A stretch of 62,837 nucleotides of DNA, filler included, from 6 parts of 6 records of this genome joined end to end with filler, not necessarily neighbours in it, one strand, 5' to 3'. Positions 1-13,394 are shown, counted from the first letter of the whole stretch. Notes: generated by a model from the letters alone, not told the origin. Made by a program: numbers and translations.

Positions 1-28
1 ATAATCTTATTCTTGCTTTCTGTGACAT
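1..28 (-). CDS. rps10: 30S ribosomal protein uS10, 5' fragment
   Basis: Reverse strand reads MSQKARIRL from ATG at 28, directly downstream of EF-1a as in the canonical archaeal str operon; truncated by the window edge. Confidence 0.85.
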
Positions 29-66
29 GTTACTCTTCTCCTAAAAAAAAGGAAAGTTTGAGTGTC

Positions 67-1335
67 TTACTTCTGTTTGACACTCATGCACATGCCAGCT
101 GCAATGGTCATGCCCATATCACGGATAGCGAACCTTCCGAGCTGTGGGATTTCCTTTACTGGCTCGATAACCATTGGCCTTGTTGGCTTGATGGTTACGA
201 TTGCTGCATCGCCTGCCTTGATGAATGCTGCATTCTCTTCCTTGACCTGACCTGTCTTTGGATCAAGTTTCTTGTCAATGGACATGAGAGTACATGCAGT
301 CTGGGTTGTGTGGCAGTGGAATACAGGTGTGTATCCTGCTGTGATTGCGGATGGGTGCTGAAGGACAACGATCTGTCCTGTGAACTCGTCCGCTACTGAT
401 GGTGGGTTGTCAGCTGGACCACAGACATCTCCTCTGCGGACATCGTTCTTACCTACACCACGTACGTTCCATCCAATGTTGTCACCAGGTACTGCCTGGT
501 CGTGCTCCTCGTGGTGCATTTCGATGGATTTTACTTCACCGGTTACGCCACTTGGATTGAATGTTACGTTCTGGCCTTTCTTCATGATACCTGTCTCGAC
601 CCTACCGACTGGTACGGTTCCAATACCGGAGATGGTGTATGCATCCTGTACAGGAATTCTGAGTGGAAGTGTATCTGGCTTTTCTGGTTCACTAAGGTTG
701 TTAAGGCACTCAAGAAGTGATGGACCTTTGTACCATGATGTGTTTGCGCTTGCCTCTGTGATGTTGTCACCCTCGAACGCGGAGGTTGGGACGAATGGAA
801 TCTCGTCTGCCTTGAATCCTACCATACCGAGAAGTTCGCTTACGTCTTTCTTTACCTGGTTGTACCTGTCCTCGCTGTAGTCAGCTGCGTCCATCTTGTT
901 GACAGCAACGATAAGCTGGTTGATACCAAGGGTTCTTGAAAGGAAAACGTGCTCCTTTGTCTGAGCCATTACACCATCAGGTGCTGCTACGACAAGAACA
1001 GCTGCGTCAGCCTGGGATGCACCTGTGATCATGTTCTTTACGAAGTCACGGTGACCTGGGCAGTCTACTACTGTAAAGTAGAACTTGTCTGTGTCGAATC
1101 TCTTGTGGGAGATATCGATGGTTACTCCTCTCTCACGCTCTTCCTTGAGTGAGTCCATTACCCATGCAAAAGCAAAGGATTCTTTTCCTTTCTCTTTTGC
1201 TTCTTCTCTGTATTTCTCGATAAGGTGAGCAGGTACTGCTCCTGTCTCGAACATCAATCTTCCGACAAAGGTTGACTTGCCGTGGTCTACGTGACCGATA
1301 ACTGCTAAGTTTAAGTGTGGTTTCTCAGCTGCCAT
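67..1335 (-). CDS. tuf: Translation elongation factor EF-1 alpha
   Basis: [17 protein letters not shown] and NKMD motifs; start placed at 1335 (MAAEKPH), 7 nt after SD AGGAGA. Confidence 0.98.
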   Translation of the reverse strand: MAAEKPHLNLAVIGHVDHGKSTFVGRLMFETGAVPAHLIEKYREEAKEKGKESFAFAWVMDSLKEERERGVTIDISHKRFDTDKFYFTVVDCPGHRDFVKNMITGASQADAAVLVVAAPDGVMAQTKEHVFLSRTLGINQLIVAVNKMDAADYSEDRYNQVKKDVSELLGMVGFKADEIPFVPTSAFEGDNITEASANTSWYKGPSLLECLNNLSEPEKPDTLPLRIPVQDAYTISGIGTVPVGRVETGIMKKGQNVTFNPSGVTGEVKSIEMHHEEHDQAVPGDNIGWNVRGVGKNDVRRGDVCGPADNPPSVADEFTGQIVVLQHPSAITAGYTPVFHCHTTQTACTLMSIDKKLDPKTGQVKEENAAFIKAGDAAIVTIKPTRPMVIEPVKEIPQLGRFAIRDMGMTIAAGMCMSVKQK

Positions 1336-1470
1336 TTTCATATCTCCTATAGTTTAATTACAATATATCAGTTTGATTTGCCATAATAGGTCTTCTTACG
1401 TTTAAACCTTTCTGACGAAATAGGGTTTTTGCAGCAAAATACTGCAAATTCCCGATAGTAACATGTTAAA

Positions 1471-3669
1471 TTACATGCTAAGATAGTCAGACGCCTGTGG
1501 AAGTTCCTTCTTAAGTCCTTTCCTTTCTCTGATGCCACTAACTATCTCTGATGTCAGACTTGCCGGAAGTGTGTCAAATCCTGCAAACTCTGTGCTCCAC
1601 ATTGCGCGGCCTTCAGTTGCTGATCTGATATCTCCTGCAAATCCGAATAGTTCGGATACTGGTGCTCTGGATTCGATGATGGTCATGTCACCCTCAGCAG
1701 TCATGTTGATAATGACTCCACGACGTCCCTGAATTTCCTTGGTTGCGCCACCCATGTTATCCTGTGGAACCTGGATGAATACCTTCTGGTATGGTTCAAG
1801 AAGTGTGTCGTCAGCCATAAGCATTGCTGCCTGGATACCCTGTCTGGATGCAGGTATTACCTGTGCTGGTCCTCTGTGGACAGCATCCTCGTGTAACTTT
1901 GCGTCAACGAGCCTGACTTTTACACCCATGCATGGTTCCTTTGAAAGAGGTCCTGCCTTCATTACTTCCTGGAATCCTTCAAGGATAAGTTCCATGGTTT
2001 CATTAAGGTGCTGGATACCCTTTGTGACATCAATGTAAACATTACTCTCAAAGATATCTACAATACCTTTAGCTTCATCTTTACTAAGGCCAGCTTCCAT
2101 GAGTTTCTCTCTGCGCTCGACTTCAGGCATACGCATGGATATCTCGCCAGCTTTGATAAGGTCTCTAACTCCTTCCTCGAGGGGCTCGACTTCAACATAG
2201 AACCTGTTGTGTCTGTTTGGTGACTTACCTTCTACAGGTCCTGCACCGCCACGGATTGTCTCACGGTAAACTACAAGAGGTGGTGTAGTTGTGATCTCGA
2301 CACCCTTGTCACGTTCAATCCTGTGTGCAATGACTTCAAGATGGAGTTCACCCATACCAGCCATCAAGTGCTCACCGGTTTCTTCGTCAAGTGTAATCTT
2401 AAGGGTTGGGTCTTCCTTTGCAACCTGTCTCAATACTTCAACAAGCTTTGGAAGATCCTTCATGTGCTTAGCTTCTACAGCGACGGTAACTACAGGTTCA
2501 CTTGCGTGAGTGATACTCTCGAAAGCTTCCATGCCTTCAAGAGTGGTTACTGTTGAACCGACAATAGCATCTCTAAGTCCGGTTACAGCTGCGATATTTC
2601 CTGCTGGGATGTTTTCCACTTCAAGTCTCTTCGGACCCATGAAAACACCAACCTGCTGTATCCTGTTAGTTCTTGAGGTGCCTGATACGTATGCTTCCAT
2701 ACCACGCTTGAGTGATCCGCTGAACAACCTTCCGGTTGCAACTTCACCAGCGTGCGGATCCATTGTGATATCAGTCACCATGAATGCAAGCTCTCCGTCA
2801 GGATTTGCAGCAAACATTGATTTTGCAATTTCGGATTCCTTGTCACCGTGCCAGATAGCACCAATCCTTCCTTCCTGTGCTTGAAGTGGGGATGGAAGGA
2901 ATCTTATTACCATATCGTTGAGGACTTCATGGAGTGGGCACTTTTCTGCAAGTTCCTTTATTTGTTCAGGATCGTCTGATTTATTGTAATCATAGATCTG
3001 CTGGAAAGTGACACCGGTCTTTTGCATCATTGGTACACTGATAGCCCAGTTGTACAATGCTGAACCGAAAGCAACAGTACCTTCTGCTGCGTCAACTCTC
3101 CATCCTGCCTTGTAACGCTCTTCGTTCATACCTTTGATGAGCTTGTTCACGTGGTCGATGAGCTTACCGAGCCTGATCTGCATCTCCTGTCCGTCGACCT
3201 GTAACTCATTGATGAGACGGTCAACCTTGTTGATGAACAGAACCGGCTTGACGTGTTCCTTAAGTGCCTGCCTGAGAACGGTCTCGGTCTGTGGCATTGT
3301 ACCTTCAACAGCGTCAATGACAACTACCGCACCATCTACTGCGCGCATTGCACGTGTAACGTCCCCACCAAAGTCTACGTGACCTGGTGTATCGATAAGG
3401 TTGATGAGATATTCATCGCCCTCGTACGTGTGGACCATTGAAACGTTTGCGGAATCAATTGTAATACCTCTCTCCTGTTCCTCTTCATCAGAATCTGTCC
3501 AGCATGCGTTACCTGCAAGTTCCTTTGAGAGCATGCCTGCGCCTGCAAGAAGGTTATCTGATAAAGTTGTCTTTCCGTGGTCGATGTGTGCAACGATACC
3601 GATGTTACGTATCATCTTTGGTTCGCTCATGAGCGCTGCTACACGATCGACCATTTTATCTTTAGCCAT
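1471..3669 (-). CDS. fusA: Translation elongation factor EF-2 (archaeal)
   Basis: [21 protein letters not shown]; diphthamide loop HEDAVHRG. Confidence 0.98.
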   Translation of the reverse strand: MAKDKMVDRVAALMSEPKMIRNIGIVAHIDHGKTTLSDNLLAGAGMLSKELAGNACWTDSDEEEQERGITIDSANVSMVHTYEGDEYLINLIDTPGHVDFGGDVTRAMRAVDGAVVVIDAVEGTMPQTETVLRQALKEHVKPVLFINKVDRLINELQVDGQEMQIRLGKLIDHVNKLIKGMNEERYKAGWRVDAAEGTVAFGSALYNWAISVPMMQKTGVTFQQIYDYNKSDDPEQIKELAEKCPLHEVLNDMVIRFLPSPLQAQEGRIGAIWHGDKESEIAKSMFAANPDGELAFMVTDITMDPHAGEVATGRLFSGSLKRGMEAYVSGTSRTNRIQQVGVFMGPKRLEVENIPAGNIAAVTGLRDAIVGSTVTTLEGMEAFESITHASEPVVTVAVEAKHMKDLPKLVEVLRQVAKEDPTLKITLDEETGEHLMAGMGELHLEVIAHRIERDKGVEITTTPPLVVYRETIRGGAGPVEGKSPNRHNRFYVEVEPLEEGVRDLIKAGEISMRMPEVERREKLMEAGLSKDEAKGIVDIFESNVYIDVTKGIQHLNETMELILEGFQEVMKAGPLSKEPCMGVKVRLVDAKLHEDAVHRGPAQVIPASRQGIQAAMLMADDTLLEPYQKVFIQVPQDNMGGATKEIQGRRGVIINMTAEGDMTIIESRAPVSELFGFAGDIRSATEGRAMWSTEFAGFDTLPASLTSEIVSGIRERKGLKKELPQASDYLSM

Positions 3670-3713
3670 ATTTACTACCTGATCCTTATTTTACTAACTC
3701 TGCCCGGATTCGA

Positions 3714-4274
3714 TTAACGTGCTGCCTTTGCGACTCTTTCTTTGGAGTCTTTCCTGTTGATGGAGAAGCACTTTGCGTCGCGGTTAGAAGCTGCAATAAG
3801 CTCTGATGCAAGGCACTCGGCTGCACTTCTTTTTGCTTTGAAAGCTGCCTGGTTTGCGCCCTTTGTGATGTATCTGAGTGCAGAATCGACACGTCTCTGC
3901 GGTGCGGTGTCCACTGCCTTTGGCACGGATATTCCGCCGTACTTGAGCCTAACGACCTCTTCCCTTGGGCCTGCGTTGGATATAGCCTCAACAAGTACCT
4001 GCACAGGGTTCTTCTGTGTCCTGTTGTTGATGATGTCAAAAGCTTCAGAGACAATCATCATTGCTCTCTGCTTCTTACCTGTGTTCTGTTGGTTGCGCAT
4101 GACATTATTGACAAGACGCTCAACGATGCAGATGTCTGACTTGTTGAACTGCTGTCTTGCATGCTTACCGTTTGTGTGTGGGATGATCACAGGATCGAGG
4201 TTTACGTACCTTCTGATTCCCTGATCAGTGACCTCAACTTCACTGAGATCCCATTTTCCGAATAACTTATACAT
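3714..4274 (-). CDS. rps7: 30S ribosomal protein uS7
   Basis: MYKLFGKW start, [16 protein letters not shown] and ERVAKAAR end; operon position. Confidence 0.96.
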   Translation of the reverse strand: MYKLFGKWDLSEVEVTDQGIRRYVNLDPVIIPHTNGKHARQQFNKSDICIVERLVNNVMRNQQNTGKKQRAMMIVSEAFDIINNRTQKNPVQVLVEAISNAGPREEVVRLKYGGISVPKAVDTAPQRRVDSALRYITKGANQAAFKAKRSAAECLASELIAASNRDAKCFSINRKDSKERVAKAAR

Positions 4275-4278
4275 CTGA

Positions 4279-4707
4279 TTATCTCCTTGGTTTCTCTTTA
4301 CGGCCAATGACCATTTCCCTTAAGGATACATTGTTTACAGCAGTTACCTTGAAACGTACACCTGGGATATCACCCATTGCACCGCCCATACGGCCACCGA
4401 TTCTTTCTACTGTAACTTCATCGTGCTCGTCAATAAAGTTGATAGCACCGTCACCTGGACAGAAAGCTGTCGCCTGACGACCGTTCTTGATCAACTGAAT
4501 TCTTACACATTTCCTGATTGCTGAGTTTGGCTGTTTAGCCTCTACGCCCACTTTCTCAAGTACAATGCCCCTACCCTGAGGTGCACCACTGAGTGGATCC
4601 GCCTTGATGTCAAGTCCCAGTGTACGCCTGTTATAGCGTGAGTCTTTCCACCTTGCATCTTGTCGCATGCGCTGAAGAGTATGAGCTGCATATTTTCCGT
4701 TTGGCAT
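4279..4707 (-). CDS. rps12: 30S ribosomal protein uS12
   Basis: [10 protein letters not shown] and [10 protein letters not shown] motifs. Confidence 0.98.
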   Translation of the reverse strand: MPNGKYAAHTLQRMRQDARWKDSRYNRRTLGLDIKADPLSGAPQGRGIVLEKVGVEAKQPNSAIRKCVRIQLIKNGRQATAFCPGDGAINFIDEHDEVTVERIGGRMGGAMGDIPGVRFKVTAVNNVSLREMVIGRKEKPRR

Positions 4708-4759
4708 ATATTATGTCCTCCAATTTATGTCTTTGATGAGTATGATATTATTTGAATAA

Positions 4760-5185
4760 TCACTGCAGGATGACATCATCTATGTTATGATGTCTGTTTG
4801 CTACGAGTTTGACTTTCTCTATGTTTTTTCCGTTTCGTCCTATGGCAAGACCCTTGTCTTTATTGGATACTTCTACATAAGCCAATCGCTTATCATTCCT
4901 GCTTGTGATGTTAACTGATCTAACAGATACCGGACTGAAAGCGTTTTTAATAAACACTTCAGCTTCGTCCGAGTATTCGACAAGATCAATATGCTTATCC
5001 ACTGTTTTCTTCATCCTGTTGATGTGGTCTCCTTTTTTCCCAATAGCGGCACCCATGTCGCCTGCTTTTATCACATATATTAGCCTGTCATCCTCGATCA
5101 TACAATCTTTGACAGTTGCCCCTGTAAGTTTTTCAAATAATGCGATATACCGGATACCTTCAGTGGATAACTTGATCTCGCCCAA
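4760..5185 (-). CDS. nusA: Archaeal NusA-like KH-domain factor
   Basis: Two KH GxxG loops (AIGKKG, AIGRNG); TTG start at 5185 fits SD AAGGAG; conserved position. Confidence 0.93.
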   Translation of the reverse strand: MGEIKLSTEGIRYIALFEKLTGATVKDCMIEDDRLIYVIKAGDMGAAIGKKGDHINRMKKTVDKHIDLVEYSDEAEVFIKNAFSPVSVRSVNITSRNDKRLAYVEVSNKDKGLAIGRNGKNIEKVKLVANRHHNIDDVILQ

Positions 5186-5199
5186 ATATCGCAACTCCT

Positions 5200-5487
5200 T
5201 TAAGCTGCAGCCAGAATATCGGATTCACCGCTGTCAACGATAGCCATTGCAGCAATGATAAATGGTTTACCACATGCAGGTCCGAGTTCAGTTCCTGTGC
5301 CTGGGTAGTTGAGTATCGGTACGTTTGTGCTTTCGATCTTGGCCCTTACATCTGCAGGACAGTTTTCAGCGAGTACTACCATTTTAGCTTCATTGCTTGT
5401 GGCAGCATCGATAGTCCTGTTGGAACCAATAATCACCTTTCCGGTTCTGATCACTTTGATCAGTGCTTTGTCAATGTTAATGTCCAT
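5200..5487 (-). CDS. rpl30e: 50S ribosomal protein eL30
   Basis: TGKVIIG and [10 protein letters not shown] motifs; position between rpoA'' and nusA. Confidence 0.95.
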   Translation of the reverse strand: MDINIDKALIKVIRTGKVIIGSNRTIDAATSNEAKMVVLAENCPADVRAKIESTNVPILNYPGTGTELGPACGKPFIIAAMAIVDSGESDILAAA

Positions 5488-5591
5488 TTATATCAACTCA
5501 TATATAATGTCAGTTTGAGATTTGTATTAATACGTGATTCCGTATATTTACTTTCTGGTTGTTCTTTATATACGTCCATAGAATCAACCAG

Positions 5592-6734
5592 TTATTTCGT
5601 AATGAGATGTACGTCTCCTGTACCCAGCTTGATAGGCTGTCCAACAATAATGTTTTCAGTGACACCGTTTAGTTCATCACGGTCTCCACGCATACCCGCA
5701 TCAAGCAGGTGGTTTACAGTTACCTCGAATGCTGCACGTGCAAACACACTGGCTTTCTCACCAGAAATACCATGCCTACCGATCTGCTTTACTTCCCCAT
5801 CACAGCACATGATATCAGATACAAGCATGATGTGCCTTATATCAACAGTAAGACCCTGCTCGTTGAGTGTGTTGGTAGCTTCAGTGATAATGGAGTTCCT
5901 TGCAGCCTCAATACCGAAAACCTCGTGTATCTCTCCGATATTATTGGTTGATGTTCTTGTGACATCAACACCTTCTATCTGGAGTACTTCCTTTAGCTGT
6001 GAACCTTCGGTATAAAGTGTGTATTCTTCACCATCTTTTCTGATAACGACCCTTTTGATACCTTCAATACCTTTCAGGGTTATGGAATGGATATTCTTTG
6101 CAAGCTGGAGAAGTTCACGGTATGATGGTGCGTTAGGTGTCACAATGATCTGGCTTGCAACACTTTCTGAAACATTCACCATCACATCAAGTTCCTCACG
6201 GAGCTTATCTGCGATTTCATCAGGTGTAAGTGACCTGTGCATCAATGTCTTCTCGTGAAGATCGATGATAAGATGCATGTTGGCAAGATCAGTGGTGATG
6301 TCTGCAAGATGTTCGATGTGAGTTGCCTCAATCTCCCATGCAAGATGACGTGCCTTATCCCTGTCGTTTGCGTAGTCTTCCTCCAATGCAATTGTCATCA
6401 TTGGTGTACTTGGAGTCTTCCTGGCATCCACAATCTCAATGAGACGTGGAAGACCGAGTGTAACGTTAATTTCAGCGACACCAGCGTAGTGGAAAGTACG
6501 CATAGTCATCTGGGTACCCGGTTCACCAATAGATTGTGCCGAAACGACACCCACTGCCTCACAGGGTTCAACGCATGCATATTCATAACTTGACTTAACA
6601 TGTTCAATGATCTCTTCCAGCTCTTTCTTAGTAACGCCTACCTTCATCACGTCATCCTTTAAGGTTTCCATGATGTTCATTGGCAGATCAAGTCCGCTGA
6701 TCATTGCATCTATAGTAGCTTCACTGATTGTCAT
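5592..6734 (-). CDS. rpoA2: RNA polymerase subunit A''
   Basis: [17 protein letters not shown] trigger loop; [14 protein letters not shown]. Confidence 0.98.
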   Translation of the reverse strand: MTISEATIDAMISGLDLPMNIMETLKDDVMKVGVTKKELEEIIEHVKSSYEYACVEPCEAVGVVSAQSIGEPGTQMTMRTFHYAGVAEINVTLGLPRLIEIVDARKTPSTPMMTIALEEDYANDRDKARHLAWEIEATHIEHLADITTDLANMHLIIDLHEKTLMHRSLTPDEIADKLREELDVMVNVSESVASQIIVTPNAPSYRELLQLAKNIHSITLKGIEGIKRVVIRKDGEEYTLYTEGSQLKEVLQIEGVDVTRTSTNNIGEIHEVFGIEAARNSIITEATNTLNEQGLTVDIRHIMLVSDIMCCDGEVKQIGRHGISGEKASVFARAAFEVTVNHLLDAGMRGDRDELNGVTENIIVGQPIKLGTGDVHLITK

Positions 6735-6735
6735 T

Positions 6736-9381
6736 TTAGTTCACCTCCTTCCCGGTGACTCTCCTGACGATACGGTGAATCGCCTCAGGTTTACTATAGT
6801 CACTCTTTGTGGAGTCAATACCGTCCTCTCCATACTTGAACTGGACAATAACTCCACGTGTTTCACGTACTGAACCGTCGTACTGGACCTCAAGATCCTG
6901 CAATGCATTTACAAGTCTTCTCTGCAGGTAACCTGATTGGGAAGTACGAACCGCTGTATCTACAAGACCTTCACGACCACCAATTGCGTGGAAGAAGTAT
7001 TCGGTCGGATTTAGTCCGCTCTTGTAGCTCGCTTTCACGAAACCGTGAGCATCTGCACCAAGGTCACCCTTGTCAAAGTGTGGGAGTGTCCTTCCTGCAT
7101 AACCTCTCCTGATCCTTTCACCACGAACCGCCTGTTGTCCAACACAGGCAGCCATCTGAGTAAGGTTAAGCATTGAACCTCTTGCTCCGGACTTTGCCAT
7201 CAGCACAGCAGAGTTCTCAAGACCAAGCTGCTGACCTGCAATGTTACCGGTCTGGTCCCTGGCTTTACCAAGTACCTGCATGATCTTCATTTCAATTGTT
7301 TCCTTAAGAGTACGTCCTGGCAGCGGTTCAAGTTCCTTTGCTTCGTAAGCGTCAATTAGCTCCTTGACTGATTCTTCTGCTTTTTCCAGAAGGTTTCCAA
7401 TCTGTATCTTTGCTGTTTTTGGAATATCTTCATCACTAATACCGAAACTAAGACCAGTCTTCATCACACCACGGATAGCAAGTCTGGTAAAGTCATCTAC
7501 GAATTTAGCTCCTGCTTCTGAGCTATATTCCTTAACCACTTTATCTAGAATCTTGCCTTTAAAGGCACCAATAGATTGTTCATCAATAGTACCCTGGAGC
7601 ATCTCTCCGTCTTCTATGACAACATAGGCATTGTATTCACAATCCCTCTTCTTACAGGTCTCGCACTTAAAGCAGGCCTGTGCAGGGAATTCCAGATAGA
7701 GTCCTTTTGGAAGGATCTGACTGAAAATCTGCTTACCATTCCAGAGTGGTTCACCATCATCTGAATAACTTGATGGTTCAGGCAGGACTCTTATGTCGGA
7801 TTTCCTGAGCAGTTCAAGAGCTGCGTTCTTTGTGATGGCATTCTCGTTCCTTGTAAGAAGGAAAAGACCGGAGATGTGGTCGTGTATACCACCGATGATC
7901 GGTCCACCGAAACGCGGGGAAAGAATGTTCTCCTGAACCTGCATGAGAATACTGGCTTCTGCCCTTGATTCTTCAGTCTGCAAAACATGCATATTCATTT
8001 CGTCACCGTCAAAGTCGGCGTTGTATGGTGCACATACTGCAGGGTTAAGTCTGAATGTCTTGTTTGGAAGTACCTTGACCCTGTGAGCCATGATACTCAT
8101 CTTGTGAAGGGAAGGCTGTCTGTTAAAGAGTACGATGTCGCCGTCCATGAGCTGCCTTTCAACAGTCCATCCGACCTCTATCTTCTCTGCAAGTTCTTCC
8201 TTGTTGATCTCAGAGACCCTGATACGTCTCCCATCATCACGTATTGCGTAATTGGCACCTGGATGGACCTGGTTACCGCGCAGTACGTACATACGGAGAA
8301 GTTCTAAGTTCCTGGTGGTAACTTTCTCAGGGATCGTCATGTGCCTTGCGATTGGCATAGGCACCCCCACCTCATTGATACTGAGATTAGGATCAGGGGA
8401 AACTACAGTACGTGCTGAGAAGTTGACACGCTTACCTGAAAGACTTCCTCTGAAACGTCCTTCCTTACCCTTAAGACGCTGGGTGAGTGTCTTAAGAGGT
8501 CTTCCTGATCTGTGTCTTGCAGGTGGTACACCTGACACTTCATTATCGAAGAATGTTGTAACGTGATACTGGAGAAGCTCCCACAGATCCTCAATAATAA
8601 GTTGTGGAGCACCAGCATCCCTGTTCTCCTGGAATCTCTGGTTGATCCTGATAATGTCTACAAGCTTGTGTGTAAGGTCATCTTCACTGCGCTGTCCGGA
8701 TTCAAGTGTGATAGAAGGTCTGACAGTTACCGGTGGTACCGGGAGTACCGTAAGGATCATCCATTCCGGCCTTGCACTTGTTGGGTCCATACCAAGAACC
8801 TTAACATCCTCATCAGGGATGTTCTCGAAGCGGTCACGGATCTCGGTTGGTGTGAGCTTGTGGCCGTCCTCTACATAGTCACTTGGCTTTTCGAACTTTA
8901 TCTCAAGCTGGTCTGTGGAACAATACGGACATGATTTGGACTTGCGTGCTTCCTTGAATACATCGTTGATGATATTGTCCGGAAGGTGTCCCATTTCCTT
9001 TGATGTGCTCAACTGGTCAAGGAATTCTTCTTTCTTACTTGCATCGAGGAGAAGCCTGCTACAGTTACGGCAGACAGAGCGCAGTGTCTTGCGTATCGTC
9101 TTGTTGAATCCGACGTGTATGACCGGAGCCACAAGGTCTATGTGTCCGAAGTGTCCCGGACATTCGCCTGCACGGCTGCCACAGGTCTTACATTTAAGAC
9201 CCGGGTCTATTACTCCGAGGCGCAGGTCCATAAGACCCATGTCGATTGGATAACCGTCGTCGTCATAGGTGTCAGCAGTAATGATTGCTGTCACACTCAT
9301 CTTCCTTACTTCACGTGGTGAGATAAGGCCGAATTTGATCGCGCCGACCCTTTTTGGAATTGATGGAATATCATTATTCAT
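6736..9381 (-). CDS. rpoA1: RNA polymerase subunit A'
   Basis: Catalytic NADFDGD motif, N-terminal Zn fingers, bridge helix [15 protein letters not shown]. Confidence 0.99.
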   Translation of the reverse strand: MNNDIPSIPKRVGAIKFGLISPREVRKMSVTAIITADTYDDDGYPIDMGLMDLRLGVIDPGLKCKTCGSRAGECPGHFGHIDLVAPVIHVGFNKTIRKTLRSVCRNCSRLLLDASKKEEFLDQLSTSKEMGHLPDNIINDVFKEARKSKSCPYCSTDQLEIKFEKPSDYVEDGHKLTPTEIRDRFENIPDEDVKVLGMDPTSARPEWMILTVLPVPPVTVRPSITLESGQRSEDDLTHKLVDIIRINQRFQENRDAGAPQLIIEDLWELLQYHVTTFFDNEVSGVPPARHRSGRPLKTLTQRLKGKEGRFRGSLSGKRVNFSARTVVSPDPNLSINEVGVPMPIARHMTIPEKVTTRNLELLRMYVLRGNQVHPGANYAIRDDGRRIRVSEINKEELAEKIEVGWTVERQLMDGDIVLFNRQPSLHKMSIMAHRVKVLPNKTFRLNPAVCAPYNADFDGDEMNMHVLQTEESRAEASILMQVQENILSPRFGGPIIGGIHDHISGLFLLTRNENAITKNAALELLRKSDIRVLPEPSSYSDDGEPLWNGKQIFSQILPKGLYLEFPAQACFKCETCKKRDCEYNAYVVIEDGEMLQGTIDEQSIGAFKGKILDKVVKEYSSEAGAKFVDDFTRLAIRGVMKTGLSFGISDEDIPKTAKIQIGNLLEKAEESVKELIDAYEAKELEPLPGRTLKETIEMKIMQVLGKARDQTGNIAGQQLGLENSAVLMAKSGARGSMLNLTQMAACVGQQAVRGERIRRGYAGRTLPHFDKGDLGADAHGFVKASYKSGLNPTEYFFHAIGGREGLVDTAVRTSQSGYLQRRLVNALQDLEVQYDGSVRETRGVIVQFKYGEDGIDSTKSDYSKPEAIHRIVRRVTGKEVN

Positions 9382-9395
9382 CCTTGATCATCTCC

Positions 9396-11210
9396 TTATA
9401 CCGCATCCTCAAGTTGCATTCTTGGAGCTACACCAAGGGATTTTATTTCGTCAAGCAGCAGTTTGAATGCATAACTCATCTCTACAGGATGGATGTCTGT
9501 CTCAGCACCGCAGTTGGAGCAGTACCTGACATTCCTCTTCCGGTCAAAGGTTGCTATCATTCCACAGTGTCCGCAGACAAGCTCTACTACCTTGTCAGAC
9601 TCATCAAGCAGTCTTTCTTTCAGTGTCATTGCAGCACCGTGACCAATTAGCACATCACGCTCCATTTCACCGAAACGCAGACCTCCTTCACGGGCACGAC
9701 CTTCTGTTGGCTGCCTTGTAAGCACCTGTACAGGTCCACGGGACCTTGCGTGCATCTTTGATGCTACCATGTGGTGCAGTTTCTGGTAAAGGATAACTCC
9801 GACAAACACATCTGCCTGGATCTTCTTTCCGGTTACACCGTCAAAGAATACTTCCTTTCCTGTGTGTGCAAATCCGTGAGTCTTAAGAGCGCCACGGAGG
9901 TCGTCTTCATTCTCTCCTGAAAAAGAGGTAGCGTTAATCCTTCTTCCTTCCATGGAACCGACCTTACCACCAATCATCTCAAGCACATGACCTACTGTCA
10001 TACGTGAAGGAATTGCGTGTGGGTTAATTACAAGGTCAGGCACCATCCCTTTCTCTGTAAATGGCATGTCAGCAAAAGGAACGATCAGTCCGATAACTCC
10101 CTTCTGACCGTGTCTTGATGCGAACTTGTCGCCGATCTCAGGTATTCTCTGGTCTCTTATCTTTACCTTTGCAAGACGTGTTCCGTTGATTGATTCTGTG
10201 AGGATGACTGTGTCAACGACACCTTTTTCGTTAGAACGCATAGTGATAGCACTTTCTCTGCGCTGCTCAACGGTGATACCGAAGTCAGATTGTTCCTCAA
10301 GGAAACGTGGCGGACTTGTCTTTCCGATAAGTACATCATTTGGACCTACTCTTGTTTCAGGGTTTACAAGACCGTCAATGTCAAGGTTTGCATATGCCTC
10401 TGGACTACGTGCACCTCTGAATTCGGAATCAGGAATCTCGAACTTGTCTTCCTGTCCACCAGGGTAGCGCCTTTCCTCACCTTCAAATGTCCTGAGGAAG
10501 TGACTTCTTCCCAGTCCTCTCTCGATTGAACCTTTATTAAAGACAAGTGCATCTTCAATATTGTGTCCTTCGTAGGACATAACAGCTACAACGAAATTCT
10601 GACCTGCAGGCCTGTCATCGAAATGGATGGATTCACAGGTCTGTGTCCTGACCATTGCTCTTTGTGGATAGTGTAAAAGGTGTGCACGGGTATCTGGCCT
10701 GAGTTTGGTGTTGGATGTGGATACACCAATACACTGCTTGACCATTGCTGCACCCATTGTGTTACGTGGGGATGCATTGTGTTCAGGATATGGTACCATT
10801 CCCGTACAAATGCCCAGCATAAGTCCAGGGTTGATTTCCATGTGAGTATGCTTGTCTGTAATATGTTCCCTGTAAAGTGCGATAAAAGCATTTTCCTCTT
10901 CTTCAGAGTCAAGGTATTCGATCTTTCCGGCTTTGATCGGTTCATCATAGAACATCTTGCCTTCTGCAAGTAACGCTTCCTCGTCCTCTGTCAGCATGGC
11001 CTCACCATTTTTCACAATGATAAGTGGCCTTCTGGCTCGACCCATGTCCGAGTTTAGAAGTACTTCATGTATGTCTTCGTAATATGTAACATTGATCTGC
11101 CCTGAGATCAATCCTGCCCTGCGCTGTTCCCTGATGTTCGCTACAAGTTCGTCGGGGTCAGTATGAGTTCCTATAAGTTCCCCGTTGAGGAACACTTTTG
11201 CTTCATTCAT
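9396..11210 (-). CDS. rpoB1: RNA polymerase subunit B'
   Basis: [23 protein letters not shown]-terminal Zn ribbon. Confidence 0.98.
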   Translation of the reverse strand: MNEAKVFLNGELIGTHTDPDELVANIREQRRAGLISGQINVTYYEDIHEVLLNSDMGRARRPLIIVKNGEAMLTEDEEALLAEGKMFYDEPIKAGKIEYLDSEEEENAFIALYREHITDKHTHMEINPGLMLGICTGMVPYPEHNASPRNTMGAAMVKQCIGVSTSNTKLRPDTRAHLLHYPQRAMVRTQTCESIHFDDRPAGQNFVVAVMSYEGHNIEDALVFNKGSIERGLGRSHFLRTFEGEERRYPGGQEDKFEIPDSEFRGARSPEAYANLDIDGLVNPETRVGPNDVLIGKTSPPRFLEEQSDFGITVEQRRESAITMRSNEKGVVDTVILTESINGTRLAKVKIRDQRIPEIGDKFASRHGQKGVIGLIVPFADMPFTEKGMVPDLVINPHAIPSRMTVGHVLEMIGGKVGSMEGRRINATSFSGENEDDLRGALKTHGFAHTGKEVFFDGVTGKKIQADVFVGVILYQKLHHMVASKMHARSRGPVQVLTRQPTEGRAREGGLRFGEMERDVLIGHGAAMTLKERLLDESDKVVELVCGHCGMIATFDRKRNVRYCSNCGAETDIHPVEMSYAFKLLLDEIKSLGVAPRMQLEDAV

Positions 11211-12852
11211 CGAGGAGTCCTCCCATGTCTTCTATATTCTCTGAATAGTTCGTGTACCCGATAGGTTCCGGTTTAGTCTCTTCCTCGACCACTACTGTTT
11301 TCTTATCAAGTTCCTCGAGGTAGTCATCAAGCTCTTCGTCATATTCAGGAAGTGCTTTTATTGAGGAATTAAGGACTGTCTTTTCAACACCAAGGTCGTA
11401 GAGTACACCCTTTATTTTCTTGTCTTCATAGGTTCCTGTGGAAAGCTCTACCATCTGTGCAAAGTTCTTCACAAGACCACAGTTCGGACCTTCAGGAGTT
11501 TCCGATGGACAGAGTCTTCCCCATTGAGTTGGGTGAAGGTCACGAGCCTCGAAGTGAGGTTGAGCCCTTGAGAGCGGGGAGATTACACGCCTTAAGTGTG
11601 AGAGTGTTGATATGTAATCTGTCCTGTCAAGAAGCTGTGATACACCGGTTCTTCCACCTACCCAGTTACCTGTTGCAAGCGGGTGCTGGAGCCTGTCAGT
11701 TAGTACGTCTGCCCTTACAAGTGTGACCACGTTTAACTCACGGTTTCTCATATTCGCTCTTTCAAGCTGGTATTTGATATCTCTTGAGAGCCTGTTGAAT
11801 GCTACCCTGAACAGGTCTTCCATAAGGTCACCAGTGAGCTTGAGCCTCTTGTTTGAGTAGTGATCCTTATCATCCGGATTACGCCTTCCAAGTGCAAGTT
11901 CGAAACATGATTCTGCCATCCTTCCGAGGAAGTTTGCTTTTGCAGGCCTGTCAGTTGGCTCATTTCCAAGATGGGGTAAAAGATATCTGTCAATAACGTA
12001 GTTGGCACGTTTGATCTGGTAGTCCCTTGCCTGCCCTGAAGCTACTCTTGAACCAATCTTCTCCATGGCATCCTCGATGTTGTCGACTTCTGCCTCTTCA
12101 AGGTTCTCGAACATGAACTTCATGATCTCAGGATCTGTGGATACTGCCTTTACGAGCTCTTCGTCAGTCTCCACACCCAGTGCCCTCATTAGTGTGATGA
12201 AATTGATACGTCCTGAAATTGATGGGAATGATACTTCCAGAAGTGATTTTCTTCCTCTCTCAACAACCACGAGTGCCCTGTATCCTCTTCTTTGTGAGAA
12301 TACTTTAGAAACTTCAATGGTGTCACCGTATCTCTCGCCAAATTCAGTGAGTATTTTGTTCGGTGCCAGGTCTTCCAGTGTCATGACCACACGTTCGGTT
12401 CCGTTGACTATGAAATATCCTCCAGGGTCAAGCGGGTCCTCTCCGAATGTAACCATCTCTTCCTCCACAATCTCGGTGAGGTTACAGATGTTGGATTTAA
12501 TCATCACTGGAAGTTGTCCGATCTTTGCTTCCTGTGGTTCCTTTTCCTCATCATTTTCCACTACACTCATCTGCAGGTAGAGTGGTGCTGAATATGAAAG
12601 GTTTCTGAGTCTTGCTTCATTTGGATACAGATTTTCTATGGCACCGTCTGCCTCTTTAACCACTGGGTTTTCTACACGGATGGTACCCAGTTTGATATAT
12701 GTATCCTCTAAGTCGGTCTCGATGATCTGCTGTTCATCGATGATCTTTTGCAGCCCGGTCTCCAAAAACTTATTATAGGAATCGATGTGATGCTGTACGA
12801 TCTTATCTTTCGTGAAATACGAGCGTGGGATCTGTCCTTTAGTTAACGCTAT
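11203..12852 (-). CDS. rpoB2: RNA polymerase subunit B''; start extended to a probable ATA codon
   Basis: [11 protein letters not shown] and CPSETPEG motifs. The conserved N-terminal HHIDSYNKF lies upstream of the track start (12765) in the same open frame, and SD GAAGGTG precedes ATA at 12852. Confidence 0.93.
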   Translation of the reverse strand: MALTKGQIPRSYFTKDKIVQHHIDSYNKFLETGLQKIIDEQQIIETDLEDTYIKLGTIRVENPVVKEADGAIENLYPNEARLRNLSYSAPLYLQMSVVENDEEKEPQEAKIGQLPVMIKSNICNLTEIVEEEMVTFGEDPLDPGGYFIVNGTERVVMTLEDLAPNKILTEFGERYGDTIEVSKVFSQRRGYRALVVVERGRKSLLEVSFPSISGRINFITLMRALGVETDEELVKAVSTDPEIMKFMFENLEEAEVDNIEDAMEKIGSRVASGQARDYQIKRANYVIDRYLLPHLGNEPTDRPAKANFLGRMAESCFELALGRRNPDDKDHYSNKRLKLTGDLMEDLFRVAFNRLSRDIKYQLERANMRNRELNVVTLVRADVLTDRLQHPLATGNWVGGRTGVSQLLDRTDYISTLSHLRRVISPLSRAQPHFEARDLHPTQWGRLCPSETPEGPNCGLVKNFAQMVELSTGTYEDKKIKGVLYDLGVEKTVLNSSIKALPEYDEELDDYLEELDKKTVVVEEETKPEPIGYTNYSENIEDMGGLLDE

Positions 12853-12943
12853 AATAGCACCTTCTTTGTGATTTGTATTATTGTAAAAAAGACATATGAT
12901 ATAGTCATAAAAATTGCAGGATATTTGTAGATCGCATCCCTCT

Positions 12944-13180
12944 TTATGCGATTACAAGTCGATAGTAAAACGCTTCACCAGCGGTTTGGCTGTTACGGGT
13001 AATCCTTACAACCTCTCCAACCTGTGCCCCTATTTCCTGAATAACAGGATCAACAACCTTTACCTTTGGTAATTGTTCCTTCTCAATTGCATATTGCTTC
13101 AAAACAGATTTAAGTTCATCTTCCATCATAATCTCATGTTTAGGGATTAACTGATGGTCAAGCAGGCTAAATTTTCTCAC
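12944..13180 (-). CDS. rpoH: RNA polymerase subunit H (Rpo5)
   Basis: HQLIPKHE, QLPK, SQTAGE and YYRLV motifs; GTG at 13180 after SD GAGGGAGGAG. Confidence 0.96.
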   Translation of the reverse strand: MRKFSLLDHQLIPKHEIMMEDELKSVLKQYAIEKEQLPKVKVVDPVIQEIGAQVGEVVRITRNSQTAGEAFYYRLVIA

Positions 13181-13233
13181 TATTATTACTCCTCCCTCAA
13201 AAATGTGAACGTGAACACTCTTCCGCAAAATGA

Positions 13234-13310
13234 TGGCGGGCTCGTAGGGATTTGAACCCTAGGCCGTCTGGTTAAAAGCCAGACGCTCTGCCTGACTGAG
13301 CTACGAGCCC
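13234..13310 (-). tRNA. tRNA-Lys(UUU) with encoded CCA
   Basis: GGGCTCG acceptor stem, anticodon arm TCTGG-CT-TTT-AA-CCAGA, T arm GGTTCAAATCC, 3' GCCA. Confidence 0.97.
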
Positions 13311-13386
13311 AATTTGTTGGGTGGATTTGCTGAGGCTGCTTCACGTTCATCGACTTCGGTGTAGCGGGTGATAGAGGCACTTATAG

Positions 13387-13394
13387 CATATAAA
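13387..13394 (-). promoter_or_regulatory. Putative archaeal TATA box for the tRNA/RNAP operon
   Basis: TTTATATG on the minus strand, about 80 nt upstream of the tRNA 5' end. Confidence 0.5.

Noticed and set aside
11203-11370. Acidic C-terminal tail of RpoB''
   Set aside because: Variable tails at the B''/B' split point are unsurprising; nothing in the sequence suggests a distinct function.
13-12580. Many plus-strand ORFs over the RNAP/str operon
   Set aside because: Antisense shadows of highly conserved minus-strand genes, with no motifs.
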